A stretch of 63,018 nucleotides of DNA, counting the filler, from Platydemus manokwari (taxonomy: Eukaryota): assembly GCA_037951405.1 (NCBI GenBank). It is 5 parts of 5 records of this genome, joined end to end, with 100 filler letters (N's around TTAATTAATTAA, not from the genome) between each part and the next. Parts side by side here need not be neighbours in the genome. Positions count along the whole stretch, not along the records: positions 1 to 11,140 come from JBBMOY010885532.1; positions 11,241 to 22,285 come from JBBMOY010948862.1; 3 more parts are not named here. One strand, written 5' to 3'. The position numbers and the translations under genes are program-made. The notes beneath the pieces are model-generated. The model searched no databases. It was not told where the DNA came from and worked only from the letters and a program-made list of their open reading frames with translations. Shown piece by piece: positions 1-21,080 of the stretch (position 1 is the first letter of the stretch; every line of letters begins with the position of its first letter).

Positions 1-1702
1 TTAAAGCTTCAGTTTGCTTTTTTACGAATAATTTCGAATATTTATTTCTAATTGGATTTTTATTTTAAATGGTTCCGAAAAATAATTTTATTATAGTGGT
101 TATGCAATATTCGTTGGCTCTAAATACCAAGTCAATTTATTTACGGAGTATTAATTTTATTTCTGAATTGTTATATCCAAGTTCTTTCAAGGCCATAATG
201 CAATTATATGATTGATGACAAATTAGATGATTTTTTGTTTTCGGGCCGGCATAATTTATTATTAACAATTATCATTATTAGAACAATCACTTTTGAGATT
301 GTATCTATTATTTTCATTTTATGTTTTACAATTTCATTTCCATGTCAAATTTTTATATTTTCGACCAATACCTGTTTTGAACTGTGTAGTAATAATTATA
401 ATTCGTTTTGTTTACACGATGGCTTGAATTGTATAAACGGTGTACAAATAGTTAAGAGGTCAGTATAAGGAATTTGCAGCTATGCAATTGTGCAAGTTAT
501 CCGCGGTGAAGTGATAGTTAATATGAATGAAATGGTATTGGATCCGAATGAACTAATGTAAGAATAATTAAGCGGCAGATTCGATATCCTATTCGAAAAT
601 GAGGAGTACGTTACAGTATCTTTCAAAGATCTGACTACCATTGAGATTAAAGCATTGGTCAAATTATGTTTAATAATAATTAAAAAAAGCTATTTAATCT
701 ATGTAGCTTAAAATGTGAATTAGAGTTAATAATGAATAATAAGACAACAAACTTTTATGTATTTAATTAAATTATCAATTTCATTAACTTCAAGAGATTC
801 TTAATGTTCTAGTGAGGACCCACGTTGGTAATATATCTGGTTTTTCTACTTGATGATAGAACAAACTCTCAAAATCAAGTGCGGCCATATAAAATGAGTC
901 TCTTGTAGATTTAAACATTCGTTATTACATAGAATAGTCTAAGAGATAGTTAATTAAACAAGTAATTAAACAAGTAAAAAAATTACTTATCATTGTTGTA
1001 AATTAAAAGTTTCAATTTTGATGGATTTAACAAATCACTTAGTTGCAATACCTCGATCGATAGAATCTTGTTAAAGGCAAGAAAATATCGTGCAAAACAA
1101 TTATAATGTTGAAAAATGAGAAGAATCTTGAGCAACTTGACTAACTGCATTGTTCAATTTATAAATGGTGTTTAGTTTAAGTAGGCAGCCTTTAGCTAAT
1201 TAAGCAAGATAACAGTTGTTCCTATTATTAAATCAATTTATTGGTTTCTATAGTTGGACAAAGAGTTTCTTTGTGATTTTTATATATTATCTAGCTAATT
1301 GTTTTGTCAAAACTTTTGTTATGTTTCTCGTTTTAATCAAGTTATTTTGTCTATGAACAGAGTTTAATTACAAATTTTTTTCTTATTACCGCGTTATCAC
1401 TTTAGTTTAGTCTTGATTACTTTTAAAATATATGTATGCTATTTAGTTTGTTACATAACTAGTCGATTATAGCTGACTTCACAAGTATAAAGAACAGCTA
1501 ACTAGTCCAGCTTTATACAATAGTTATTTTAGAGAGCCCTTGTAAAGCTTAAGTTTATGATAAAAATTCTTCAATGTTCTAAATTAGTTATCCATGACAA
1601 CAATAAGCAATATTAGAGTTCTATTTTGTGAGGGATTTTGTAATAATAAGTATAATCATTGACTTGCCTTAATTTATCTTGACTTGTTTTATCAATTTAA
1701 AG

Positions 1703-1985
1703 CAATGTTCTTCAAAAGGTGGGCGAACGAGAAATTTCATTTTCGACAATGACTTATATTAAGACAATATATCGATCGAATTTTAAAGATTTGGAATTAG
1801 TACTGAGACCAGTCATTACCGATTTGATGATGTCAGAATATGCAAGATCGTTGTTGTTACTAAATATATTTAATTTTTTTGGTATTAAAAAAATTAACTT
1901 TATTATTTTTATTTTAATCCCTAGGTGTCGCGAAAAACTTTGGACTCGTATAGTGCATCGCAACACAAAAGTGTGAAGACCACTG
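1703..1985 (+). mobile_element. Non-autonomous hAT (Buster-like) MITE, copy 1
   Basis: Imperfect TIRs caatgttcttcaaa / tgtgaagaccactg (11/14). The 8-bp flanks atttaaag / atttagat are similar (6/8) with a central TA, matching the nnnTAnnn target of Buster-family hATs. The body is repeated in inverted orientation at ~21081-21393. Confidence 0.7.
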
Positions 1986-2865
1986 ATTTAGATAATAAAA
2001 AAAGATTAAGATTATGGTTATAATAAACTTCACGAATGGTTTTTATTATGTCAAATTTTACAATTTTTGTTAATAATAATTTTTTCTAAAAACACCTAAT
2101 ATCTAACAAATGAATGTGAATTTAAATGAGAAATAAAAGAAAAAAATAGTATATTTACATACTTACTAGTTAATAATTATGATAATAATTGAAAAAGCAT
2201 CGTACATTGATTTCAAAGTTAGTTTTAATCAAATGCTAATAGCAACTAATTAGACCTATCATTCAAATATGAATTAACTGGAATGATATCTGGATAATCG
2301 AAAATACATCAAAAATTACTTTGTAAAAGCTTGTTTAGCGAAAAAATAAACTTATTACCTCTAAGAAATGTTTCTCATCTATTTATGATATTGGATAAAT
2401 GTGAAATTGAAAAGATTATACAGGATATATTATACAATAAAAACTCAATTGTTATATAAACTATGGGTATATAAATCTGTTATAATAGGGATTACAAGTT
2501 TCCGTTGATATACAATAATTACTTAAACTGTAAGTTAATTAATTAAATAACAGACAGATTCTATAAAAATAAATTGTTATAAAATTTACATAAAATATTT
2601 ATAAAAACTAAAATACTAAAAAAAATAGAAATGCAAATATATAAACCATAAATTTAAATAATAAATTTGTTTAAACTACAATTTTAACAATATATTTAAA
2701 ATACATTAAAAAACGTGTTTTAAATAATTTATTTTTAATCTTATTTTAATAATATTTAGTAGGCAATAAGATAAATAATCGAGTAAAATTAAAAAGATAA
2801 TGAGCAACATATATGAGAAGATAATTTTTATTCTCAAATTTCTCCACTTATCATGACATGACCAT

Positions 2866-3384
2866 TTAGTTGGTAATAGTCTTGCAGCTTACAATTTTTT
2901 CTTCTTTACAAGCAGACATAACAGTAACCATGACCATATCTCCTTTGTCGAATCTGGCTCTGATATCAGCTTCCAATTCACCACCTGGGAGTTGGACATC
3001 TTCTTTAACATCACCTTTTTCAGACATCAAGCTAACGTATCCATCGCTGGCAATATCAACAAGTTGGTATTCAATTCTGGAAACAATTGGCATATCTTTG
3101 TTGGCGGTTGATGGGGAAACGTCTTCGCATCTTCTATCGGTGAAGATATCGATAGCGGTAACAGACACTTTAGCTGAACCGTGTTTACCGGTTTTACATG
3201 TGCTCATGTCAATAATTCTGCATGGTCTGTCCTTGATCATGATATAGTGACCTTTACGGAAAGCACTCATTTGTTGTGGGATGGTGAGTGAAGCTCCAGA
3301 GTCAACATTGTCAAAGGTTTCTTCGTAATCAGACTAAATATATATTTTTATATGAATCTAAAATTTGTGATTAAAATTTACCAT
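2866..3384 (-). CDS. eIF5A: Eukaryotic translation factor eIF5A (156 aa, 2 coding exons)
   Basis: Exon 1 is the ATG alone (3384-3382), followed by a 48-nt GT-AG intron (3381-3334) and exon 2 (3333-2866). Product: MSDYEETFDNVDSGASLTIPQQMSAFRKG...RPCRIIDMSTCKTGKHGSAKV...IDIFT...EYQLVDI..DGYVSLM. The hypusine-loop KTGKHG motif and the N-terminal SGAS motif are recognisable. Confidence 0.96.
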
Positions 3385-6300
3385 TTTACAAATAGTTAAT
3401 TCACGTTATGTTTTTAGTAATTAAACAAAAATATTTTATTTTTTATTTATTCATTAATTTATTTTTGATTATTTTAATTTTATAAATGTATTGGATTTTT
3501 AATACAAGAATTTAAAATACTCAAATAATACTTTTTAGAAAAAAAATTTCTCTTTCTGTACAATTAAAAACTAGATAATCATCGTAGAAATTTATATCAA
3601 GATTAAATTGCTATTCGATATTGTTGTTTAAGTAGAATAATTTTATAATTCTAAGTACACATAGTATTTGACATTTCTATAATTTTACTTTGAGAATTTG
3701 TAAAGTTTCAGTTAATTATAAATTATTTCAAGTTACCGATATTTCAGTAATCTTAAACTTAGTTTTCGTGTTAAATTTTATTATAAGCCCACATTTAATT
3801 AAAGATTTTAAAATCGTATTTTGATTTTAACATTTATACTAACCATAAAGTTATTTTTTAAACATTACCAGACGTTCATTGTTTTTATAAAACAATGATT
3901 ATTTAAATTTAAAAAAACTTTCCAATAAAAAAGCATTGAATAAATTAATATTTGCCAGTAATAATCTTATATGGAACTAATATGCTATTACAAATCGCTG
4001 ATTAAATCACAACTGCCTTTTATAAAATAAATAAAACTAAATTTTCGAGTTTAATTCATAAACCGAGTACTGACAGTCGTGTTTATTACAACTAATAAAA
4101 TACAAACAAGTATTACTCTATAAACATGTCCGAATTGTGTATTATATAAAAACATATATTTGCTTTGGTTAGTGTGCTAATGGTTTATATAATATCATAC
4201 ATTTCGGTAAGTTCGAACATTTTTTTGCTTTGACTGTGATAAAAAATCTAGGGTTACCAAATAAATATGATGTCTAATATTAAAAATCAATACTCTCTCT
4301 ATGACTGTGATTATTAGTGACACATAGGTATTGTTGAAATTCTTATTGTTGTTTTTTGCTGATATAGTTTAATAGGTTGTTTGGAGGGTTTTCCCTACTG
4401 ATTTTGTTGTGTGGAAATCATTCTTTTTCAATTTTGTCTTTTTTATTTATATTTTATATTTATACAATTTTACATTGTCGAAGAAGTATGCGATCAATAT
4501 ACAATTAATTTATTTAGTAAGGACTATGTTATTGTGGTCATGATTGTTATTAAAATATTAAACACCCTTACTGAGGTTTTGAAATTATGGACTTATTTAA
4601 TTCCTTTAACAGTTGTTTATAATCTCCAAAGACAGGTCTTTATATTTCTTTCTACAGACTTTTCATATCTCTGGTCTTTATAAAGTGATAACAGAGTCAC
4701 AACACTGTTATTCATTGAAAATAGATGAAAACAGATATATTTTTCTATTGGTTAGGGATTTTAGACTATTATTACTAAATCAGCCTGTATAAGAAGTCAA
4801 TTATAATTTATAGCAACGATACAATATAAAAGACAAAATAAAATCACAACGACAGAATAAGCCTCAACCATCAGAAATATCAATAAAGGCAAATCAAGAT
4901 ACTAAAACTAGAACGCTACTGACGTCGCAACATGAAGTGTAAAATGTACACACAGAATCATATAAATGTTCTTCACTTACGCTTAATATCCTAACGTATT
5001 ATTGTCGAAATTATTGCTATATTCAAGGCAATCATATTACTTGTTCGCGAAAGAAAGTCAATTTTGATGAAAGTTTACTGGCCAGTAATTTCTATATATT
5101 ATTGACCAAGTATTATTTCAATATATACTGACTAAGTCATAAAGACAAGTAAATTTTTCAAATAAACTATGAAAATAACCCCCCAAAGAGTCGATACATA
5201 CAAATTTGATAAGTGCAATGCCAATAATCAATCAGATTCTTTCCATATATCAATCAATATTTATAACTCGGTAACCAATAGACAAACAACAGGCAACGGA
5301 CATAGAGAAATGCCATTGTCAAGAGAGATGCAAGAGAATTTGCTAACAGACCGACGTGAGAACTGATCTATCCTATGAAAAGCAAAGTCTTGGGATATTA
5401 AGTGAACACACATGATAAGCCTCTAAAAGGAGTTGAATATGACGAGCATCCGTCTGACTTTTTGGTCGATAACTCTTATTAAAATGTAACTTTTACGTGA
5501 TTTTCTGACAACTACTCTTTATGATTACTTTGATTATCGATGTTTGGGTGTTGATCCCACCTAGCGTTGATTATTGGATCTAAAATTGGACTGCGATTAT
5601 CGACGATTTGGTTTTTGTAAACTATTATGATCTTAAATTATATTTGTTAGTGATTGTTAAAAATCGTAACAAAAGTAATTATATGTAAATTTTGTTTTGT
5701 TATCAAACACACATCTCTTCATATAACCGTGTCGTTAAAACCTTTCCACTTCATACATTTCCATATTTCATTTATTAAACAACGGTGTCCCTTCACTTAC
5801 TTAGGCACACTTGGTTCCTTTATCATAGCACCTTCACGATATTACAGTTCATTATTTTTTTTCTTTCATAATATACTTCTAAAACAATTTGGTTATTGAT
5901 TATTGAATATTATTTTATAGTTTTAGGAATATTTTAATTTAATATATGGTTGCTTATATTTTAAATGCTATTAACATTATTTATGGAATAATTATCTGAA
6001 AAGGAACAGCTGGAAATAATAAATCGCAACATCTATTATATTCATTCATAGCGTATTAGAGCTTGATATTCCTAAGCCTGATTATACGTGTAACAACAAA
6101 TTTTTTATTTTATTCGACTTTCGTTTTATTAAATCTCAACAATTCTCGCCAAAGCAAATCTAATTTTGTATAATATTATCATCATCAAACATTATGGAAG
6201 TTTGTTTATTTTAATTTCTCTTGAATAACTATCTTGAGCTGCATGGAAAATGTTATATTTAAATCAACAATGAAAATATTCAATGAACGACTGAGATAAT

Positions 6301-9300
6301 CAATCTCATCAGCAATCAATGAATTTCTTATTCCAAGAACCACAGCTATCATTGAATTCTCTAAATGCTGTCAATAATTTTCTATTATTTTTGTCTAAAA
6401 ATATTCTCCATAATTTAAACACCTACAAATAAATTCTCAACAATATTATCTTATAATTATATGAAATAATAATATATTTTTTATTATTATATACATCAAC
6501 TCAATTCATTGGACCATGTAAAAAATTGTGTACAATTCATTACATTAAATACACTGATGATAAATACAGAGAAATTTAATCAATTATCATCAACATTTAT
6601 GATTGGTCCATTAAGTATCATGTTTACTGTCATGATCGACGCCAATTTTCGGACAACAAGAATGAAAATTAAATATTCCAAACATAGATGACGTTTTATC
6701 AATGTACCCAATTGTCATTCATTCTTTATTATGTAATACTTCAAAACACCAGTCAAGTTCGGTTCACGCAAGAATAATTTATCCGAGTTTTACGTTAAAT
6801 AATTAATCATGTTTTTAATTTATTAATAACAATCAATTCTTTTTCAACAATAATTTAAAGGAACCGAAATAAGATTATTCTTAAGAACAAATTAAAACCT
6901 TTAAAAAAGTCAACATTATATTTAATTACTATATTTGGCTAAGTATAATATTCAGTACCCTTTCAATCTGCTTCGCAGATATGGAAATATGGGTTTCACT
7001 CTATTTTTATACTTTTCTAATTCTATACAGCAATATTCAGTATAAATAATTAATGATATTTCTCTACTGACAGTGCGGTTATCACGGGCTTCAGGATACG
7101 CAATAATGCGTAACTTATTGTGAACAGTAAGAGGCTGAGAAAACCAATTTTTTGTGGAAAAATTATCACTTATAAATCGATTTTATTAATAAATGAAATC
7201 GAAAAAATAAATCACTAGACACATTATTGTTTGAAAATATAAATGTAAGTAATAAAAGGTTTCCATTAACACAATCAAATTATAGTTATTTCATTAGCAC
7301 CAATGAAAAGGTGTGTGTATAACGCATACACACATAGGTTTTCCTTGATTTCAGTGACTGAAAAAGAAATGCGTATTACACACATCAAAATACAGTAATC
7401 ATTCTAGTTTTATAAAACCTTTAATGCTAATTATCCTAAATAATAATAAAACAATTAATTTTTAAATTACTGACAAATCTACTCCAATGAACATTTTGTT
7501 GAGATTTAGTTTATATAGTAATTTAATATTATATTTTAGTGGAACACTTTAGTTCTAATATAAAACATTAAATTATGAATTTATCTATTTATAAAATAAC
7601 AATGTATAATTTTATTAAATTCTAAAAGCCTAAATATAAAATAATATTCAAGTTCCGATTTTAAAATTTTTAATACGAAATAGTTGATAAAGAAAATCTC
7701 ATTAATTAGCTACAAATGCAACTCGAAAAGGTTGCTTGGAATTACATGTTTAAAATTGTAATGTTTAGATCAAATTGCGTTTTAACGAAGCTTATTTTTT
7801 TGTCATTACAATGTATATGTATTAAATTTGTCTTAAAGACAAATCCAGCCTAATTGAATTGCTATTTTATCAGGCTAAGAGTAATATCTTTTGAATTTGT
7901 CAAGCTGTTACCGTGAAAAGAAATATTTAAACAACTTTGTTATACAAATAATTTTATACAAATAGTATTAACTTTAAAATTTATTTACATCATCGAATAA
8001 TATGGCAAGAATATTTCTGATTTATTATGCTGAGATTATTTTGATGAAATGTAAAGTCAGATATGAACTATAATTTCTCTAATAGTGTTCTAAAGCAATT
8101 GGTTCTTGACAAACAGTATGTTCATTTAAGCAGAAAATTGAAAGAAGCTATTTATCATTATTTCAAATTTTTTTGTTACGTTTTAAATGATTTCATATTC
8201 TCTGCTAAATTACAATTTTAGAGTGCAATCCATTTTAATTCTAAAACAAAATTTAAAGTTGAAATCTATTTACAAGAATGATTATTATCTTGATTTGTGT
8301 TATGACTAATTAGGTTGCAATAATCAGTTTGTGAAAACAATTATCAATGTTATTATCTGATTAGTTATGTAACATGAAATATTTACAGTTATTAGTTGTT
8401 ATTCGTGAAATAGATAAATAAATATTTCCGATGTTAATCTGTAATTATCAATGTTAACAAATGATACACATACATCGAATGAATTTCGTGATTTTTATTT
8501 TCATAGTTGTCGACAATTTAGATTATAAAATATTTTTCAGTACGTTTCATTGAATATATATATATTAATAGAAAAAAAATAAATCAGCGTTGATATTTTA
8601 CAATCATTTCAACTTCAAAGCACATCAATTAAGATTAAAGCGGTAGAATTTTAAGATGAAATATAATATTAAACAACAAATTCCTGCCATTAATATAAAT
8701 TTTCAGTTATCTTTTGCATTTATTCCAATTGAGATAAGAAATAAATTTTATTCGACCACTAAACTTTATAAAAAAATATAAATAATACATCTCTTATACA
8801 TAAATTTCTTGTCCTTTGTGGCTAAGAGGTCAATATGAAATAAACATAATTTTTGCAATTCAATGGAATTAGAAATGTGGATTCTGAAATAAAATAGATT
8901 TAAAAAATCGACACTCACTGGTCTTTGAAATTGTTTTACCAGGAAATGCAAAACATGAGAATTCTAAATAGTCAACGACCGAAATTTAAATCTGTGTCAT
9001 TGGTTAATGAAGTGCACGACCGACAAACATAGGTCAATCTTTCTTATGTTCAAATAAAATAGGAACCAAATTGTAAAGTATGTGATGGTGGTGACTCATC
9101 GCAAAAGTTAAAAGAGCAAGCGGAACAAGACCGTGATTCAAACAAGGAAATATGCAATTGAAAAGAGTACAAGTTGACGGATCAAAACATTTCAATTAGA
9201 GATCTATGAATTAATTTTTGCTGATTGGACCTTCAATGTCAGTCTGTGCACATGAACAAAAGCGTACAACCATCTCAATGTGTTTAAGGAAAATAATTAC

Positions 9301-11140
9301 TCAGGAGGTCCTTGGTCAAAATCCAATTTATTGGTGATAGACGAAAGACAAATCTGTGTTTTTAATTTGTCACTTATTGATTAAACTCTCGATTCATCTT
9401 TTGAGTGCTGAGACCTCATGTGCATTGTTTTTGTTTTTGGAACTCTATTCGATCGAACTTCGTGTTTGACTTGCGAGTATTTCATTGGGTTTAGAATCGT
9501 GATTCATTATATTTTGGTATTGCAATTGGGTTTTATTATTCAGTAACAAAACACATACATTTGAAGCTCTTAAAATATTTTACGAAATGAAGAGTCCACA
9601 TATTTTATCCACTTCCTTATCGGAAGTTAGTATATATTAATTAAACTTAATTATCAGGCAGTTATTGATTTTTTTAAAAATATTGATTATTGGGATTTTT
9701 AATCACATTAATTGTGCGTAATTAGGCAATTAGTGTTTTGAGCGATTTTGAGACGACAACAATGATTTGTATTTGGCTGCTAAAGTCAGAGTTATGTTAA
9801 TTCCAATAAAGAATCGACCTGTTAATTCAGTGGACTCGTATTTAGGTCATAAAATATGTTTGTTAATCACTGCATTTTGTAATGAGTTACTTGTTGTATT
9901 AAAAAACAATTCAAAAATTATTATATTCGAAATCGCGTGTTTGACAATCTTTAGTTAAAAAATATGACGAAAACTACTAATTCATCATCACCATAGTTAC
10001 GCGGATATTAGGTCAAATCTAAAAATCAAAATACCAACGATGCAGTTTATTTTCCACTCGTCATTTTAATGAAAAAAAATCAGTAATATAACGAAAACAA
10101 GTTTATTGCATTTGAATTTATGCTTTCAATTTGAATTTTCATAAAAGTTTCATGTTTTTAACAATTGAAAATTTAATGGATCGCCGTGCTTATAGAAATA
10201 ATATATTCACCATTATCAACAAATCAAAACAGATCGAAAAGATAAATAAACAAATTCAAGAATAGTCAACATAAAATATGTATAAATATCATTCTAAAAT
10301 ATTATATATTTTAAAAAAGTTCTTCTAGTTTGATTTATTAATTACGTCTCACACACTTGTTTAGAAATAGAATTTTTGACCCTTCACCAATCACAGTCTA
10401 TAGATTCTTGTTCTAAAGTATTTCTATTGTAATCTGTATTCTTAATGGGAAAACTTTTGGATAAAACTTACTGATAAGATAAAAAGGTTAAATTTAAGAA
10501 AAGGGATACTAAAATATAATTTTAAATATATTGAGTGCAATGCAAAAAGCTGTGCAGTTTATTCAATTATATTCATTAAAATTTTTTGAATTTTCGATTA
10601 AATTGTCTGAAAAATAATTTTTGTAGTTTGAGATAAAAAATCAAAAGATTAAAATCTTCTAAAAATTGATTATTTGAAAATCGCTTCAAAGTAGGTCAAA
10701 TAAAAATTTTGAAAATTATCCAGGGCTCTGTCTTTTGACAATATGTAGACATAAACAAAATGTTTACAATTATTTTATAATAACAATTAATATTAGATAA
10801 TTAGACATGGCCCTAGATTATCAGGTTGATTTATAATTAAAAATTATATTTACAAAATCAAAGAATCATATAGACGATATTAATAAGTGTGTGATTAGAA
10901 CATGAATCTGGTTTATAAATGCTATTTTGTTCCATTTCGACATTCTATTAAGTGTGCTATCAAATGAACTCCAAAAAAACTAATTAAAAAGTATGAGACC
11001 CATTAGTCAACAACATAATAATCATTTTATCACAAATAACTTTTCAAAAACTTAGGCTATTTCATTATATTAGGCTGAGTCAAAAGTTATTCATGTTTTT
11101 TAGTTGTTTAAAGTTTTTGTTTTACCAAATCATTTAAACA

Positions 11141-11240
11141 NNNNNNNNNNNNNNNNNNNNNNNNNNNNNNNNNNNNNNNNNNNNTTAATTAATTAANNNN
11201 NNNNNNNNNNNNNNNNNNNNNNNNNNNNNNNNNNNNNNNN
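11141..11240. other. Artificial contig spacer (N-run/TTAATTAATTAA/N-run)
   Basis: Exactly 100 nt, with a six-frame-stop 12-mer between N runs. The same spacer design occurs four times in the window. Confidence 0.95.
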
Positions 11241-11241
11241 G

Positions 11242-11317
<76 letters not shown>
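11241..11317. repeat. (GTT)n microsatellite, ~25 units
   Basis: Directly visible and abuts the contig edge. Confidence 0.98.
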
Positions 11318-12591
11318 CAGATCGGATATTGAATTCTCCATTTTTTTCAACTCACTTACCGTTGGTTACAAATTCATGATCAAATTCATGCGTTTAATAA
11401 AACATAAAGAAGCTAACAAGGTTCGTCGATCAGTAGTTTTATAAGAAAAAGAGAATTGTTTTATTTTTTTATTGAAATGGTGGTCAATTGTTGAGTAACT
11501 ATGCAAATAATCTATCGATAGTACAATTTCGCAGTCTTTCTCATTTATTAACCAGAGAAATAAAATAAATTTCTGTTCTGTCCTTCAACGTATTCAAGAT
11601 TTTGATCGTTTTTTACTTGAAGTCGTTATAGTTTATCTATAGATTTTGAGCACCTATGATGACTAAGATCTATGTCTTTTAATTAAAATTTAATTTTTAT
11701 TTATTAATATGTATTTAAATAGATCAATAACACAACGATTTTATTCGTCTTGAAGTTTCGATTAAATATATATTTGCAATTAATTCTGTTTTACTTCTTT
11801 TTCTATTAGAAAATTTAACATTTTTATTATTAAAATTTTCTGATATGACGGCAAATATTGAATTAGAATGCTTATATTTCTTAATTATGATAATTAAAAT
11901 GAGATTTTAACATTCATTAGATCGAATCGATTATAAATAGTCTCAATTTGTCACATATTTCCATCATTTAGCCTCAATAATTAATAAATCTGTCACAAAT
12001 TCTTTTCAATGCGTTCTGAGGTCATTTTATTAGTTGAGTCGGTTTTAATTTTTTCTAGTGATTTATCAATATTATTTAGTGACTGAATTTGGATAATTGA
12101 AATAATTGACCGTTACTATTCTATGAAATGGTATTTCTTATGGTTAGAAGTTATTATTGTATTATGATAAAGACAATTAGTATGACACTTTTAACATGAA
12201 AAATATTCTTAGATAATGAGAAATGTACTTAAATAAAATGGCTAATATTATTCAGTTATGTAGCAAACTTTTAATATTACACACACACACGTGAACCATT
12301 GTGGTCAACCAGTTTCCAGTTAGACCAAAAATTAAAATATGAACATTAACAGTTATTCTACATTATATCAACCTATACGGCTTTATTTCATAAAGCATTT
12401 TTGATAAATTGTCTTAATTCCATAGAAATGGATAACTAAATTTATGCCCGAAAGACAACGTTCATTAGAGCATAATACGAGCACGCATGGTTTACAAGAA
12501 CGTGTCTTCACTGTGTTTGCTTTGAGTAGGTATCCGTACTTTCCTAATTATGATTAGTGGGAGTGTTTGTAAAGAGTTCCTTCCAAAATAA

Positions 12592-12607
12592 AGGTTGAAA
12601 AACACTG
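12592..12607 (-). mobile_element. Isolated hAT (Buster-like) terminal inverted repeat
   Basis: aggttgaaaaacactg reads CAGTGTTTTTCAACCT on the minus strand, the same TIR type as the two MITE copies. The partner end is uncertain (perhaps cattgtggtcaacc near 12297). Confidence 0.4.
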
Positions 12608-13138
12608 GATTGAAGTTGGTAGTAATTGGTAGTAATGTCCTTTTCTATTTATTAGCATCGTATAGGACCTCGTATACACTAGCTCATTATTCTCTCAATA
12701 GAGGATTTTAATTTATGAGAACTTCACTGTCATTTACCGATGAAGTGTGAAAATTTCTTGTGAATAGACTTTGGTTGGATATTAGAATATCAGACATATA
12801 TTTACATGTTCTATTTATAGAATTGTTGAATTTATTTAATAATGGTGATTACAAGCAACAAAATCTAATAAATTTTTCTGATTTTCAAATCAATGGTAAT
12901 TTTAGAGATGCTTATCTAAATAAGTTTTATTTATCGATTTTTATTCCATAACATAAGGAGTATGAAGTGGGCTTTTTTAAAATTTGCAATAACACTTAAC
13001 AAATTTGAATAGAAATACGAAAATATTAGAAAAGTTAGAAATTCAATCATTTTTCAAACAAATAACTTTGAATATATAATATTCCTGTTATCGAATTTAT
13101 TAATATTTTGTGATTAATGGATTTAAATAAAATCTTAG

Positions 13139-20691
<7,553 letters not shown>

Positions 20692-21080
20692 GTATAATTT
20701 ATTTATAAATTATTAAAATTAATTAAATTTAATTTAATCAATAAATTTTAAAAGTAATTTCAAATAAAATCATTCTATTTAAACAAAACAATAGATTTTC
20801 TCTAATGGGGTCGTCGATATAGGTGTTTATTATGTAAATCGTGATGCAATGAATAACGTTGTTTAAACGTTTGTGTTTATTGTTTATAGACGTCAGACTG
20901 GCACAACCAATGAAAAATCTCCGGTTTCATATTAATAATTTATTGTCAAATAATATCTTTCATCAAACGTTAGATTTGAATGTTGAGCGATGAGAGAAGT
21001 TGATGTAATTTATATATCGATTTCATTTTCATTTAAAACCAAGCTCCATTGATTTATTGTTATTGAGCATTTCTAATCTA

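Noticed and set aside
466-567. Stop-codon reassignment (TAA = Gln) suggested by in-frame TAAs in relic ORFs
   Set aside because: eIF5A, SPOUT1 and FHL end in TAA at the expected positions, and no conserved exon contains an internal stop.
2870-3247. 125-aa plus-strand ORF and similar ORFs overlapping FHL, SPOUT1 and SUZ12 exons
   Set aside because: They are antisense or alternate-frame shadows of real coding exons, with no independent motifs.
4686-4932. Solo LTR (TG...CA, TATA-like and AATAAA signals, taaag/tgaag flanks)
   Set aside because: Terminal inverted match and TSD are imperfect and no second copy is present; too weak to call.
11185-11196. TTAATTAATTAA recurring between N runs as a biological repeat or chromosome-breakage signal
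   Set aside because: It is always centred in an exactly 100-nt N spacer and encodes stops in all six frames, so it is an assembly linker.
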